Source: an uncultured Desulfospira sp.
Lineage (GTDB): Bacteria > Desulfobacterota > Desulfobacteria > Desulfobacterales > Desulfobacteraceae
Reading direction: 5' to 3'
Assembly: GCA_963663165.1 (NCBI GenBank)
Contig: OY760175.1
Coordinates: 2,464,001 to 2,528,000 of the forward strand
DNA length: 64,000 nt
In this document: piece by piece, positions 7,757 through 18,241 of the stretch
Numbering within the stretch: the first letter of the stretch is position 1
How the letters are laid out: each line of letters begins with the position of its first letter
Notes under the pieces: generated by a model
What the model saw: only the letters and a program-made list of their open reading frames with translations
Told to the model about the DNA's origin: nothing
Databases searched by the model: none
Translations under genes and position numbers: made by a program

Positions 7757-9832
7757 CTACAGCTTGTAGGCAATTTCTGCACCACTGCCCACCGCATCCG
7801 GTATTAACCCGGGCTCCTGACAGTCACCAACGGCATATACTTCCTTGAGCTTACCATCAAGATCCTGATATAACTGCATATTATTTTTCAACGGTAGGGC
7901 CGGAATGATCGTATCGGCGGTAACGATTTGAATTTCGTTTTTATGGGATGTGAATTGGACCCCGGCATCCGTTATTTGAGTTATCCCGGCCTTCATATGG
8001 AATACGGTGCCTTTTCTTTGCAGCCAGTTGACCAGACTGTTCCTTGTCTCCTCGGGCACCATCTCCAATCCCGGCACTTCAGCCGAGTCGATAATGGTAA
8101 CATGCCGCCTGCGTTTGACCAGGAATTCGGCCAGTTCGCAGGCCTGAATGCCGCTGCCCAGTATCACCACGTTTTTCCCGACAGGCATCCATATTTTTGA
8201 CAGATAGTTCAGCTGATAGGGATTGAAAATTTTCAAAAAGAACTTCAATTGTTTATGCAGGTTTGCCATTTGGAGGACTTTTCTGTTGTCAATCCCGGGA
8301 ATATCCGGCACCGTGGGAATGCCTCCCATGGCGACAATTACGGCATCCGGCTGCTGATCCAGAATCATCCGGGAACCCGCCTCGTTCCCCTTTTTAATGT
8401 GAACGCCCAGGTTGGCCAGCTGCCGCTGCAAGTAGTTGATCACCAGGGGAACATCCTCAATGGTAAAGCCTTTGACCAATGCGGCCAGCGGCAGCAGGCC
8501 GCCGACCCGGTTCTCTTTTTCTATAATGGTGACCTGATGGCCCCTTAACGCGGCAACCCGCGCCGCTTCCATTCCCGACGGCCCGGATCCGACAACTATG
8601 AGATTCTTTTTCTGTTCCGCCGGACGGACGATCAATTCGCGCTCTCTTCCCAGTCTGGAGTTGATGCGGCATTTAATGGTCAAATTCCGTCTTCTTCGGG
8701 ACCAGCAATACAGGCATCCGGTACAGGGGGCAATCTCTTCGGGAGTTCCCTTGGCTATTTTGAGGGGCAATTGGGGATCCGCCAGAAGCCTGCGGTTCAT
8801 GGCAATGATATCGGCCTTTCCCTCCAATAAAAGGGTTTCCCCTAATTCGGGATCCAGTCGGCCAACGGCAATCACCGGCACCGACACATGCTTTTTCAAC
8901 GCCTCACTCAGGGGCGCAAAAGCGCCGGCACCCTTCAAATGCCAGTCCAGCTCTTTGGGCAGAGGATTGATGGGTTCAGGATAGAGCAGCTGTTCCGGCC
9001 CGGGATGGATAAACTCATAATCCCTGTACCCGTAGCCCCTGATCTGTATGGCATCCGCCCCCGCCTTTTCCACCAGCCGGCCGAATCCGCAGGCATCGTC
9101 GAGATTGATGCCTTTGTCAATCCCATATTCAACACCGGTCAGCAGGACACTTACCGGATAATCGGAACCCAGACGTTCTTTAATCGCCGTGATGATTTCC
9201 AATAAAAACCGGCATCTGTTTTCTATATTCTGGGGGCCGTATTCATCCTCGCGCCGGTTCCATCCGGGCGACAGAAAACTGTTGATCAGGTGAGTGGATG
9301 ACGCGTTGACCTCAACGCCGTCAAATCCGGCTTTCTTTGCCCTTTGGGCGGCATCGGCAAATTTGCATACCAGCGCCTTAATCTCTTCTTTGGTGATTTC
9401 CCTGGGTTCATCCAGATGGGGATTGGGCAGCTCTTTTTTGGGTAAAGCTGAGGCTGAAACGGGCTGGATCCCGGACCACTTCATGGGGTGCCAGGGACCG
9501 GAATGAAACAGCTGGAGGAAAACAGGGCAGTCCTGATCGTGAACCGCCTGTACCAGCTTGGTATACCCCGGCAGGTAAGAGTCGTTTTCAAAATGAAGCT
9601 GAACCGACGGATGATGAATTCCGGCAGGGAAATCAACCCCCGTTGATTCGACGGTAACCAGACCAACCCCGCCCTTGGCAAGGGCTTCATAAAAACCGAT
9701 TATCCGGTCACCGACCTGCCCGTTCTCCCCGATAAAGGAGGTCCCGGCACCTGTTTTCATTATCCGGTTGCGCAGTTGAACTTTCCCGATCCTGACGGGA
9801 TCCATCAATTTTACTATTTTTTTAGCCACCAC
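7757..9832 (-). CDS. NADH:flavin oxidoreductase (OYE barrel + Fe-S + FAD domain; FadH/BaiCD-like)
   Basis: LRNRI, AKKAGFDGVEV, NRREDEYG, CTGCLYC-x11-C, VVGSGPSGMEAA. Confidence 0.9.
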   Translation of the reverse strand: MVAKKIVKLMDPVRIGKVQLRNRIMKTGAGTSFIGENGQVGDRIIGFYEALAKGGVGLVTVESTGVDFPAGIHHPSVQLHFENDSYLPGYTKLVQAVHDQDCPVFLQLFHSGPWHPMKWSGIQPVSASALPKKELPNPHLDEPREITKEEIKALVCKFADAAQRAKKAGFDGVEVNASSTHLINSFLSPGWNRREDEYGPQNIENRCRFLLEIITAIKERLGSDYPVSVLLTGVEYGIDKGINLDDACGFGRLVEKAGADAIQIRGYGYRDYEFIHPGPEQLLYPEPINPLPKELDWHLKGAGAFAPLSEALKKHVSVPVIAVGRLDPELGETLLLEGKADIIAMNRRLLADPQLPLKIAKGTPEEIAPCTGCLYCWSRRRRNLTIKCRINSRLGRERELIVRPAEQKKNLIVVGSGPSGMEAARVAALRGHQVTIIEKENRVGGLLPLAALVKGFTIEDVPLVINYLQRQLANLGVHIKKGNEAGSRMILDQQPDAVIVAMGGIPTVPDIPGIDNRKVLQMANLHKQLKFFLKIFNPYQLNYLSKIWMPVGKNVVILGSGIQACELAEFLVKRRRHVTIIDSAEVPGLEMVPEETRNSLVNWLQRKGTVFHMKAGITQITDAGVQFTSHKNEIQIVTADTIIPALPLKNNMQLYQDLDGKLKEVYAVGDCQEPGLIPDAVGSGAEIAYKL

Positions 9833-10084
9833 ATCTTCCTCCCTGGCAATACAGCAACGGCTTGTGTCTATTCAGCCGCTTCATGGTAAAGCACCGGTCC
9901 GTTGAACATAGCAAAAATCGGTTTGGGGCCTGTCGACCGCCAAACCACCCTTGCCCGGTCTATTCCCCGGTGACTGTCCGGGTGAGCCGGAGGCCATACC
10001 ATACCGCTTTGGCCATCGGGCTGTGCCCCTGTCGAACATTCAGGCAGGGAAGGGACCGGTGTTGTGCTGATTTTGAAATAATGT

Positions 10085-10936
10085 TTAAACCATCCGACCG
10101 GCAATTCTCGCCTGACTCAAATGGATCGCCCGGTAATCGACCTCTTTGTTCACCGGAATCTGGGCATTGGGCAAATCCTGAGGCTCGGTTACGAAATCGG
10201 TTAAGGTTTGCCAGTTCACCCGGCCGCTTTTAAAAAAGTCCTCGTACACATCCCACCATTCATCTATCAGGCCGCTGACATGGGTTTGGGCGACCAGAAT
10301 AACACGGTCAACATCCAAGCTGTCCAATACCTTTTTAAAATCCTGAGGGGTTTCATTCCGGGTCTCTAAGGATTCATCACATAAAGAGCCGGTGCCCAGT
10401 TCTTTGGAAGGGACATTGCTTACGGAGACGATGGTTGGTTTATATTCCCGGGGCTGATAAAAGACAGCCCTTTCCTTTTGGGTTCCCCGGGCCAGGATAT
10501 ACGGGATCCCCATCTCGTCGGCAATTTTCAAGGTATTGTCATCATATGAAAAATATTTACCGCTAAAAACCGACATTGTCTTTCCGGTCAATGGGAAAAG
10601 CTTGTCATTGATGTGCTGCATGATAATTTTCTGTATTTCATAATTGGATTTTGAATATGGGTCTTTCACCTCAATCCATTCGGGCAGCCATGCCAGCATA
10701 TCGTCATGGGTTTCAGGCCAGAAGGCCCCTTCATTGTATGAGACGCCCATGTCAAAATTGCGTTTCACAATCTCCTTGATCAATTCCGGTTGATTTTCAA
10801 CGGTTGCGCCGTCAGCCAGCACCAGTGCCGGCATCTCATTTTGACTTAGATAATCCAGCCAACGGATCAACCCTTTTTCCGTTCTTCTATCAACCAGCAG
10901 AAACAAGCCCTGTATAGGCTTATTATTGTTGTTCAT
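10085..10936 (-). CDS. Polysaccharide-deacetylase/NodB-fold-like protein, paralogue of 6085-6915
   Basis: Strong similarity to 6085-6915 over the full length. Confidence 0.55.
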   Translation of the reverse strand: MNNNNKPIQGLFLLVDRRTEKGLIRWLDYLSQNEMPALVLADGATVENQPELIKEIVKRNFDMGVSYNEGAFWPETHDDMLAWLPEWIEVKDPYSKSNYEIQKIIMQHINDKLFPLTGKTMSVFSGKYFSYDDNTLKIADEMGIPYILARGTQKERAVFYQPREYKPTIVSVSNVPSKELGTGSLCDESLETRNETPQDFKKVLDSLDVDRVILVAQTHVSGLIDEWWDVYEDFFKSGRVNWQTLTDFVTEPQDLPNAQIPVNKEVDYRAIHLSQARIAGRMV

Positions 10937-11067
10937 TCTTTTTCCTTTTAATAAAAGTTCTTAATCTCAATATACTGAAGATATCTCAACCACTTGTTTT
11001 AACGGATCTTCAGCTTTTCAACCGTCACCGACGCCTTTAGGTTTGAATGGGATTGATTGAATCTGTA

Positions 11068-12372
11068 TCAATTCATCAGGCTTGGCAACAATAATGAAAT
11101 CTTGGGAAATGCCACCAGCAGCGCAAGGTGACACAAATCAGCCGCAATAAACGGCGCGATGCCGCGATAAACGGTCATCATGCTGGTATCTTTGTCCACC
11201 AGCCCTTTGATGATAAAAACGTTCAGCCCCACCGGAGGAGAAATCAACCCGATTTCAGTTACCCGTACAATAATCACACCAAACCAGATGGGATCAAACC
11301 CCAGGGACGTAATCAGGGGGTAGAAAATGGGCACGGTCAACAAGATCATGGCCAGGGAGTCCATCATCGCACCCAGAAAAATGTAAAGCAAAAGAATAAT
11401 AAGCAAAATAACATAACGGTTTACCGGCAGGCCGCCGATAAAACTGGCCAGTTCAAAGGGGATCCGGGTAACGGCTAAAAAATAGCCTAAAATCATGGCC
11501 CCCAGAAAAATGGTAAAAATCATGGCCGTGTTTTTAAGGGTATCCGTCAGGCTCTGGTTAAATTTGGACCAGGTTAATCTTCTTCTCAGGACACCGCACA
11601 AAACCGCACTGCAGGCACCGATACCCGCGGCTTCCGTCGGGCTGAAAATACCCAGATAGATGCCGCCGATCACGACGGTAAAAAGCATCATGACAACCCA
11701 GGAGGACTTTAAAGACTGAACTTTTTCTTTAAAACTGTACTTGGGTCCTTTGGGTCCGATGCTGGGGTTGCGTTTGCAGATAATGGAGATGGTTGCAACG
11801 TAGAAAACCGCCTGCAAAATTCCGGGAATGATCCCGGCCATGAACAGTTTGCCGATGGACTGATTTGCCAGAACACCATAGAGGATAAAGGGAACACTGG
11901 GCGGGATTAATATGCCGATGCTGCCGCCGGCGGCAACACAGCCTGTGGCCAGGCTCTCTTTATATTTATGGCGTTTCATCTCCGGCAGGGCAACCGTTCC
12001 CATGGTCGCCGCCGTCGCCAGAGAAGAGCCGCTGATGGCGGCAAAGGCAGCGCAGGCACCCACCGTTGCGATGGCAAGACCGCCTCTAAGCTGGCCGATC
12101 CATTTGTGAACCGTATTATACAGATCGGTGCTTACCCCGGCATGAAAACAAATGGAGCCCATGAGAATAAACAGCGGGACAACACTCATTCCATAATCGG
12201 CAAAAGTGGTAAACGGAACGGTCTTCAATACCATCAATCCGCCCATCCAGCCATTGAGGTAGGAGATACCAAAAAATCCCACAACGGCCATTACGACACC
12301 GATATGGATGCCCAGGAAGAGCAGTACAATAAGAATAAAAAGCCCTATACAACCGATTTCAAAAGGAGTCAT
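11068..12372 (-). CDS. dctM: TRAP transporter large permease
   Basis: PLFILMG, GSSLATAATMG, LIPPS, ISPPVGLN motifs; multi-TM. Confidence 0.92.
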   Translation of the reverse strand: MTPFEIGCIGLFILIVLLFLGIHIGVVMAVVGFFGISYLNGWMGGLMVLKTVPFTTFADYGMSVVPLFILMGSICFHAGVSTDLYNTVHKWIGQLRGGLAIATVGACAAFAAISGSSLATAATMGTVALPEMKRHKYKESLATGCVAAGGSIGILIPPSVPFILYGVLANQSIGKLFMAGIIPGILQAVFYVATISIICKRNPSIGPKGPKYSFKEKVQSLKSSWVVMMLFTVVIGGIYLGIFSPTEAAGIGACSAVLCGVLRRRLTWSKFNQSLTDTLKNTAMIFTIFLGAMILGYFLAVTRIPFELASFIGGLPVNRYVILLIILLLYIFLGAMMDSLAMILLTVPIFYPLITSLGFDPIWFGVIIVRVTEIGLISPPVGLNVFIIKGLVDKDTSMMTVYRGIAPFIAADLCHLALLVAFPKISLLLPSLMN

Positions 12373-12875
12373 GACTGCACTACCAAATTAAGGTTTTCAA
12401 TAAATTTCTTTAACGCCACAAGACCAAGCGCGCCACAGCCAAAGGCAACCACATATGCAAACGGAAAAATCGGAAGGTACAGAACTTCTGTCTGCTGGTC
12501 CACGGCCTGCATGCCGTATCCGCGGATGGTTGTCTGCCACGCGATTAATCCGAAAACAAAACACATGACAAAATAGGCCGCGGCCTTCATCATCGTCTGA
12601 ATTTTTTCAGAAAAGAGTGATGTCAGCAGTTCAACCTGGACATGCCCTTCCATGAGGCCGCAGGTGGCCAGGCTGAACGAGACCACGATGGTCATCATAT
12701 ATTGAATCATTTCATATGAGCCTTCGATGGGGCAGCCCAGGAAATAGCGCATGGCCACATCTATTCCGGTCAGCAGCATCATGATGGTCAAAAATACTTT
12801 GGCAATTGAATTGAGCAAAAACGATAGCGGATCTACAAACCGCTGCATGATATTCACTAATTTTTCCAATATCAT
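12369..12875 (-). CDS. dctQ: TRAP transporter small permease
   Basis: About 4 TM helices, GHVQVELL; ATG at 12875 follows a GGAGGG RBS. Confidence 0.88.
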   Translation of the reverse strand: MILEKLVNIMQRFVDPLSFLLNSIAKVFLTIMMLLTGIDVAMRYFLGCPIEGSYEMIQYMMTIVVSFSLATCGLMEGHVQVELLTSLFSEKIQTMMKAAAYFVMCFVFGLIAWQTTIRGYGMQAVDQQTEVLYLPIFPFAYVVAFGCGALGLVALKKFIENLNLVVQS

Positions 12876-12945
12876 GAAGCCCTCCCTCCACACTTTAAAA
12901 CGGATTGAATCAATCCATGTTGAATTTTTGTCTGTCAATTAAACA

Positions 12946-13038
12946 AGGCCGCCCAAAAACATTTCCCTTTCCATTCACAACTGGTGTTTTTCGCCGAAAA
13001 ATAACTGTTATTCTATAACTTATGTTTTTGGGCGGCCT
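12946..13038. repeat. 17-bp perfect inverted repeat with a 59-nt spacer between dctP and dctQ
   Basis: AGGCCGCCCAAAAACAT ... ATGTTTTTGGGCGGCCT. Confidence 0.7.
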
Positions 13039-13075
13039 GAATACGGGCTATTGGATACGCACAGATCAGTCCTAT

Positions 13076-14158
13076 TTATTGATACAGTTCCTTCCACGTA
13101 TCCGTTTTGCCTTTTTTGTACTCCTCAATCAATTCAAGGGCGGTTTCCTGGATTTTCTTAGCGGATTTATACCCTCGTTTTTCCATATCCTTGACCCACT
13201 TATCCCATAAGGGCTTGCCAACGGTCTCTTTCCACCGGGTGATTTCCTCTTCCGGCGGCGTATAGACATCCATTTTAAAATTATTTTCTTTAACCACTGC
13301 GGGCAGCTGGTCAGTGGCCCGGTCAAACACACTGCCGCCATAGCGGATACCGGCGGCCTCGCCGCTGACACTCATGATTTGTTCCTGGATATCTTTGGGA
13401 AGGCCTTCCCAGACCCTTTTGTTCATGATCAGCTCCTGGGTCACACAGATGGTCGGGACAAAGGTATACTGATCAGCCACTTCGTAGAACCGGAACCCTA
13501 AAATCGCTTCGATATTGGAGGCAAGGCCGTCAATAACCCCTTTTTGCAGGTTTTCGTACACCTGGGGCATGGGAATGGACACCGGCACCCCGCCCATCAG
13601 TTTCATCATCTCCGTTCCAACCCCGCCGGTCATCCTCATTTTCATTCCTTTGAAGTCTTCCAGCGTCTTGATCTGTTTTTTGGTGGTCAAAAACAAATAG
13701 GGGGCGGTTGTCCAGGCAGCAAGCAGTTTCACATCTTTCCACTGTTCCTGGATCTCAGGAAACATGGTGTACAGTTTCCATAACACCCGGCTTCCCACTT
13801 CTGCATTGGGGATCATAAAGGGACCGGAAAGAACGTCAATCAGGTCAAACTGCGGAGAATGGGCCCAGGCGAACATAAATGCAATATCCGTTAATCCGGC
13901 CTTAACCGCCTCCACGGAATCTGTTTTGGATTTAAACAATGTGTCACCGGGAAAAATCTGGACCTTCACTCTTCCATTGGTGGCTTCTTCAATGGCTTTT
14001 GCCCATGGCTCATGCCCGTAAACGGCTGAGGGGGAAGTGGTCGCCTGCTCGTAATGAAACCGCAGCGTATAGTTTTTTTGTGCCGCCATTACAGGGATTG
14101 TGAGCCCCCAAACCAGTACCATTGCGCAAACACATAAATGTCGAGATCTAAGCTTCAT
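13076..14158 (-). CDS. dctP: TRAP transporter substrate-binding protein (carboxylate-type, conserved Arg)
   Basis: Signal peptide, TNGRVKVQIFP, FKGMKMR, VYENLQKGVIDG; ATG at 14158 after AAGGAG. Confidence 0.9.
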   Translation of the reverse strand: MKLRSRHLCVCAMVLVWGLTIPVMAAQKNYTLRFHYEQATTSPSAVYGHEPWAKAIEEATNGRVKVQIFPGDTLFKSKTDSVEAVKAGLTDIAFMFAWAHSPQFDLIDVLSGPFMIPNAEVGSRVLWKLYTMFPEIQEQWKDVKLLAAWTTAPYLFLTTKKQIKTLEDFKGMKMRMTGGVGTEMMKLMGGVPVSIPMPQVYENLQKGVIDGLASNIEAILGFRFYEVADQYTFVPTICVTQELIMNKRVWEGLPKDIQEQIMSVSGEAAGIRYGGSVFDRATDQLPAVVKENNFKMDVYTPPEEEITRWKETVGKPLWDKWVKDMEKRGYKSAKKIQETALELIEEYKKGKTDTWKELYQ

Positions 14159-14199
14159 TTTTACCTCTCCTTTAAATTTTGTTAAAACAAAAAACACCT

Positions 14200-15009
14200 T
14201 TATGTTGACGGTTCCGACGGAACGGCCATGTTAAGCAACCGGGCCATATCCGTATATTTCGGTCTCATGGGCACCTCTTCTTTTAAGAACTGGTGCATTG
14301 GGATTCCCCAGCCGTTTTGCTCAAGTACGTCGATTCCCGACATAAAATCAGGCAGCATGGATGGGACAAGGCTAAAGAAAATCTCATCATCCTGGGCCAT
14401 GCCGACCTGCCGGTCCCCCCGGCAGGGGATGGCGACATGACAGCTTTGATTTTGAATGGGGGGGACAATGGCGTATACACATCCCGCATGGCCGGACAGC
14501 TGGCAGTGGATATCTCCGCCATCTATCCAGTTCTTTAAGATCAGCATCTGGCTGGCCATCATGCCGTTAATGTGCATGACAATCACATCGGGGATAAAAG
14601 CACACTGATGGACAGGGGCCATAAGCAGTCCGGCCTGCCCTTCCATTTCAAGATAAGGCATATTCCGGCACCAGTTGGCTGCGGCAGCCATATCTTTGAC
14701 GCTGTCCGGATAGCGGTGATACCCCGACAAAAATTTAGGGATCCGTTCGGCAAAGCCCAGCCCGATGACCGGCTCAAAACACCAGTGATCCTCTAAAAAC
14801 ATCGCCATGGTGACACCGTCCCTTTGGACCATGGAAAACGCCTGGCATAAATTGAGGCTTTTGCCTAAATCCCTGGAAGGGATGATTGAATCTTCAGGAA
14901 TCGAGTCCTCTTTTTTCAACAACTTAACGGCAATGGGGTGAACCCTCATGCGCAGCCAGGATTCCAGCCGGGCACCCATTTGATTAATGTCTGAAACCGA
15001 AACATTCAT
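14200..15009 (-). CDS. DUF169 family protein
   Basis: PIAVKL, CQA, HWC, GHAGC, PCRGDR pattern. Confidence 0.7.
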   Translation of the reverse strand: MNVSVSDINQMGARLESWLRMRVHPIAVKLLKKEDSIPEDSIIPSRDLGKSLNLCQAFSMVQRDGVTMAMFLEDHWCFEPVIGLGFAERIPKFLSGYHRYPDSVKDMAAAANWCRNMPYLEMEGQAGLLMAPVHQCAFIPDVIVMHINGMMASQMLILKNWIDGGDIHCQLSGHAGCVYAIVPPIQNQSCHVAIPCRGDRQVGMAQDDEIFFSLVPSMLPDFMSGIDVLEQNGWGIPMHQFLKEEVPMRPKYTDMARLLNMAVPSEPST

Positions 15010-15142
15010 GATAAATTATTCCTTTTTTTAAACTGAGCCTGATTCATATTCTTCAAGGTCCCCATATGTTATCTGCTCTTTAAGCGGTTGATCCTTCTCG
15101 ATCCTTTTTTCAGATACTACCGTTCCGACCTTCTCAAAACAC

Positions 15143-15799
15143 TTACCCAATTAATTCAAAAATGGACAGGTTGCGCCGTTTTGATTCATTGAGATGATCA
15201 ATAAAATTCTCCTTTAATGCATCGGCATCCTTATTTTTTATGGCTTCCAAAATCTGCTGGTGGCCGTCCATGGACTTGAGCATACCATCTGTCAGTTTTG
15301 AAGCCATGGCGCGCAGCAGCGTGGCAATATCATCAAGGCTTGAAATGGACTTGTACAGTATGGGCGCATGGGCGCATTGGGCCAGCAGGTTATGAAACCG
15401 GCTGCTTTGAAGTACCAATTCACGGTAATCTTCCTTTTGAAACAGCGTCTCCACCGCGGCCACATTTTGCTCAAGAGCCTGGATTTCATCATCGGTAATG
15501 TTCTCTATGATCAAGGGTGCCGCATATTGTTCGAGAAGCTGGCGAACATTATAATAGTCAACAATTTCTTCTTTATTCAGCACCCGGACAATCAGCCCGA
15601 GCCCTGGGCGGTTTTCCAAAAGCCCCTCTTTTTCCAATACCAGCAGCGCCTCTCTTACGGGCGTTCTTCCGATCTCCAGAATCTCAGACATGTTTTTTTC
15701 AAAGACCTTTTCGCCTTGTTTAAGGTCTCTGAACAGAATCATCTTTTTAATTTCACCGTAAACGAAAGTCTTAAGATTTTTGTTTTTCGAAATTTTCAA
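15143..15799 (-). CDS. GntR family regulator (FCD domain)
   Basis: GRTPVREAL HTH, VRQLLE, RFH, HQQILEAI. Confidence 0.9.
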   Translation of the reverse strand: MKISKNKNLKTFVYGEIKKMILFRDLKQGEKVFEKNMSEILEIGRTPVREALLVLEKEGLLENRPGLGLIVRVLNKEEIVDYYNVRQLLEQYAAPLIIENITDDEIQALEQNVAAVETLFQKEDYRELVLQSSRFHNLLAQCAHAPILYKSISSLDDIATLLRAMASKLTDGMLKSMDGHQQILEAIKNKDADALKENFIDHLNESKRRNLSIFELIG

Positions 15800-15810
15800 T
15801 TGGCTACCCC

Positions 15811-15853
15811 TATATATTCAAAAATATATTTTAAAATATATTTCAAAATATAC
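15811..15853. promoter_or_regulatory. Tandem 12-bp palindromes, putative GntR operator
   Basis: AAAATATATTTT (15821), AAAATATATTTC (15833), AAAATATAC (15845) immediately upstream of the gntR start. Confidence 0.5.
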
Positions 15854-15927
15854 GGGATTTTTAACCCTGTCAACACCATTTAAAAAAACAATCCGCCCTG
15901 GAATGGGAAATACGGATAATAGAATGT

Positions 15928-16100
15928 AATGGAGACCGGAAACCGGAAGAAGGGAGACCGGATGCGCCCTCCAAGGGAACCCGGCATCCGGCATCTATCG
16001 TTCCATTTTGGGTCAATGCAAGGCCCACTCCTACCCTACCGCTCAAACCAGGAAACTTGACGGTTTCGGTCTCCCGTCTCCCTTCCTTCCGGTCTCCATT
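15928..16100. repeat. Inverted pair of GGA(G/A)ACC-type heptamer arrays
   Basis: AATGGAGACCGGAAACCGGAAG... versus ...CTTCCGGTCTCCATT; related pair at 49890-49982. Confidence 0.65.
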
Positions 16101-16410
16101 CTTTACAGTATTATCCTTATCATCAAAATTGGCATCACCTGCAGGCAAGTTACATGCGATCACTCTGGTTTCCGGTGTCTTGTATATTGACTATTCCAAA
16201 ATTTTTAGGCATTAATAAGCCCATGTTTTACCTACGGTTCAACATATTTATAACCATCATGCCCCAAGGGGCATAAACCGGACGGCATGGATTTTCGAAT
16301 CAACTCCGTCCGCATGAAACCATGAAAGTCTTGCAGGTTATGACACTGACAGCCCTAACAGCCTTCAGTCTAAACACCTTCAGCCTTTCATAAAATAACA
16401 AGGAGTTCAC

Positions 16411-17637
16411 ATGGCAAAGGGAAAAGTGGTGCTGGCCTATTCAGGCGGGCTGGATACGTCGGTTATCCTCAAATGGCTGCTGGAGCAGGATTATGAAGTA
16501 TACGCATACATGGCCAACATCGGCCAGCAGGAGGATTTTCAGGCGGCCAGAGAAAAAGCCCTGGGCATCGGTGCCACAGACGTCTTTATCGAAGACATGA
16601 AAAAAGAATTTGTCACCGATTATATTTTCCCGGTTTACAAAGCCAATACCGTCTATGAGGGGCGATACCTGTTGGGAACGGCCATTGCCCGGCCCCTGAT
16701 CGCCAAAAAACAGATTGAAATTGCTCAAAAAGTCGGTGCCCAATACGTATCCCACGGGGCCACGGGGAAAGGCAATGACCAGGTCCGGTTTGAGCTGTCC
16801 TACTACGCCTTAAATCCCAAAATCAAGGTCATCTCGCCCTGGAAAGACAAAACTTTTCTGGAGGCTTTCAAAGGCCGGTCCGATCTATTGGCCTACGCCG
16901 AAAAGCACGGCATCCCCACCAAGCAGACCGCATCCAAACCTTACAGCGAGGATGACAACCTGCTTCACATTTCCCACGAAGCCGGTGTGCTCGAAGATCC
17001 GGGATATGAGTGCGAAGAGGACATTTATTCCCACACGGTTTCTCCGGAACAGGCCCCGGACAAGCCGACCCGGATCACCCTTGAATTTAAGGACGGCATC
17101 CCGGTCAAGGTGACCAACTTAGAGGACAACACCACAAAGGATGATCCCCTTGAGCTGTTTGAATACCTCAACCAGGTGGGACGAGAAAACGGCATCGGCC
17201 GGCTGGATATGGTGGAAAACCGGTTTGTGGGCATTAAATCCAGAGGGGTTTATGAAACCCCGGGCGGCACCATTCTCCATCAGGCCCACAAGGATATTGA
17301 AGGCATCGCCATGGACCGTGAGGTGATGCGCCTTCGGGACATGCTGTCGGCCAAACTTGGCGAACTGGTTTACAACGGTTTCTGGTTCAGCCCGGAAATG
17401 GACTTTCTCATGGCCGCCATTGATAAAAGCCAGGAATACATTGACGGGGAGGTCACCCTCAAGCTTTACAAGGGAACCGCCTACCCCGTGGCCCGGAAAA
17501 GCCCGTCATCCCTGTATAACCAGGATCTCTCCTCCATGGACATTGAAGGCGGGTACAACCAGGAGGATGCGGAAGGCTTTATCAAGGTTAACGCCATAAG
17601 GCTCATGGCACACAAAAGAATCGTCAACGGGAAATAA
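16411..17637 (+). CDS. argG: Argininosuccinate synthase
   Basis: [42 protein letters not shown]. Confidence 0.97.
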   Translation: MAKGKVVLAYSGGLDTSVILKWLLEQDYEVYAYMANIGQQEDFQAAREKALGIGATDVFIEDMKKEFVTDYIFPVYKANTVYEGRYLLGTAIARPLIAKKQIEIAQKVGAQYVSHGATGKGNDQVRFELSYYALNPKIKVISPWKDKTFLEAFKGRSDLLAYAEKHGIPTKQTASKPYSEDDNLLHISHEAGVLEDPGYECEEDIYSHTVSPEQAPDKPTRITLEFKDGIPVKVTNLEDNTTKDDPLELFEYLNQVGRENGIGRLDMVENRFVGIKSRGVYETPGGTILHQAHKDIEGIAMDREVMRLRDMLSAKLGELVYNGFWFSPEMDFLMAAIDKSQEYIDGEVTLKLYKGTAYPVARKSPSSLYNQDLSSMDIEGGYNQEDAEGFIKVNAIRLMAHKRIVNGK

Positions 17638-17656
17638 TATTTGAACGAAAAGCAAG

Positions 17657-17695
17657 CGGCCGGCACCTCTGAATCCAGAGGTGCCGGCCGGTTTT
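17657..17695 (+). terminator. Intrinsic terminator after argG
   Basis: CGGCCGGCACCTCTG-aatc-CAGAGGTGCCGGCCG then GTTTT. Confidence 0.75.
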
Positions 17696-17746
17696 ACCTG
17701 CCAAACGAAGCGGAAAGGCGTTTAGGAACTATTTAGTGTCCAGACA

Positions 17747-18193
17747 CTACATTGATTCAGCCATCAGGGTGGCCAGTTCTGCCGTCAGGCTTGTCAGCTG
17801 GCCCTGTTTGGAACTGATCTGGGCCTGAATCTCTTCGGTTTGTTCTTTTTGTTTAAGCTCACTGATTTCCGCCTCCAGGGCCTCAATCTGCTCTTCTATG
17901 TTTTCAATGGCCTCTTCGGTGCTGCTGGTGGATGTGCCGGCGGCAGCGGCAGCCCCCGTTCCCTGCTCTTCCTCAGTGGCGGTTGTTTCCTCTTCTGCGG
18001 TTTCTTCGGTTTCCTCTTCTTCGGATAGAAGCGCATAAGCTTCATCAGAAATTCCCACGGTGTCGGTGCTTACGGCCTGTGAGGTTTGATTTCCAGTGGT
18101 CTGTGAAGTGTCGCCGGCCTCTGTGGCGCTTGTGGTGTTAAGGGTAACGCCCTGATAGGATGTTTCCTGGTAGGATGAAACGCTGATGGACAT
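17747..18193 (-). CDS. Acidic low-complexity coiled-coil protein, FlxA-like
   Basis: S/T/E-rich N-terminus, DTVGISDEA, C-terminal coiled coil; sigma-28-type promoter upstream. Confidence 0.55.
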   Translation of the reverse strand: MSISVSSYQETSYQGVTLNTTSATEAGDTSQTTGNQTSQAVSTDTVGISDEAYALLSEEEETEETAEEETTATEEEQGTGAAAAAGTSTSSTEEAIENIEEQIEALEAEISELKQKEQTEEIQAQISSKQGQLTSLTAELATLMAESM

Positions 18194-18241
18194 ATATGCC
18201 TCCTGGCTTTATTTCTTTAATTTTTAAGTTCTTAACCCAAC

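Noticed and set aside
9862..10104. Small ORFs between the OYE and deacetylase-like genes
   Set aside because: No convincing RBS or motif; they overlap a neighbouring gene
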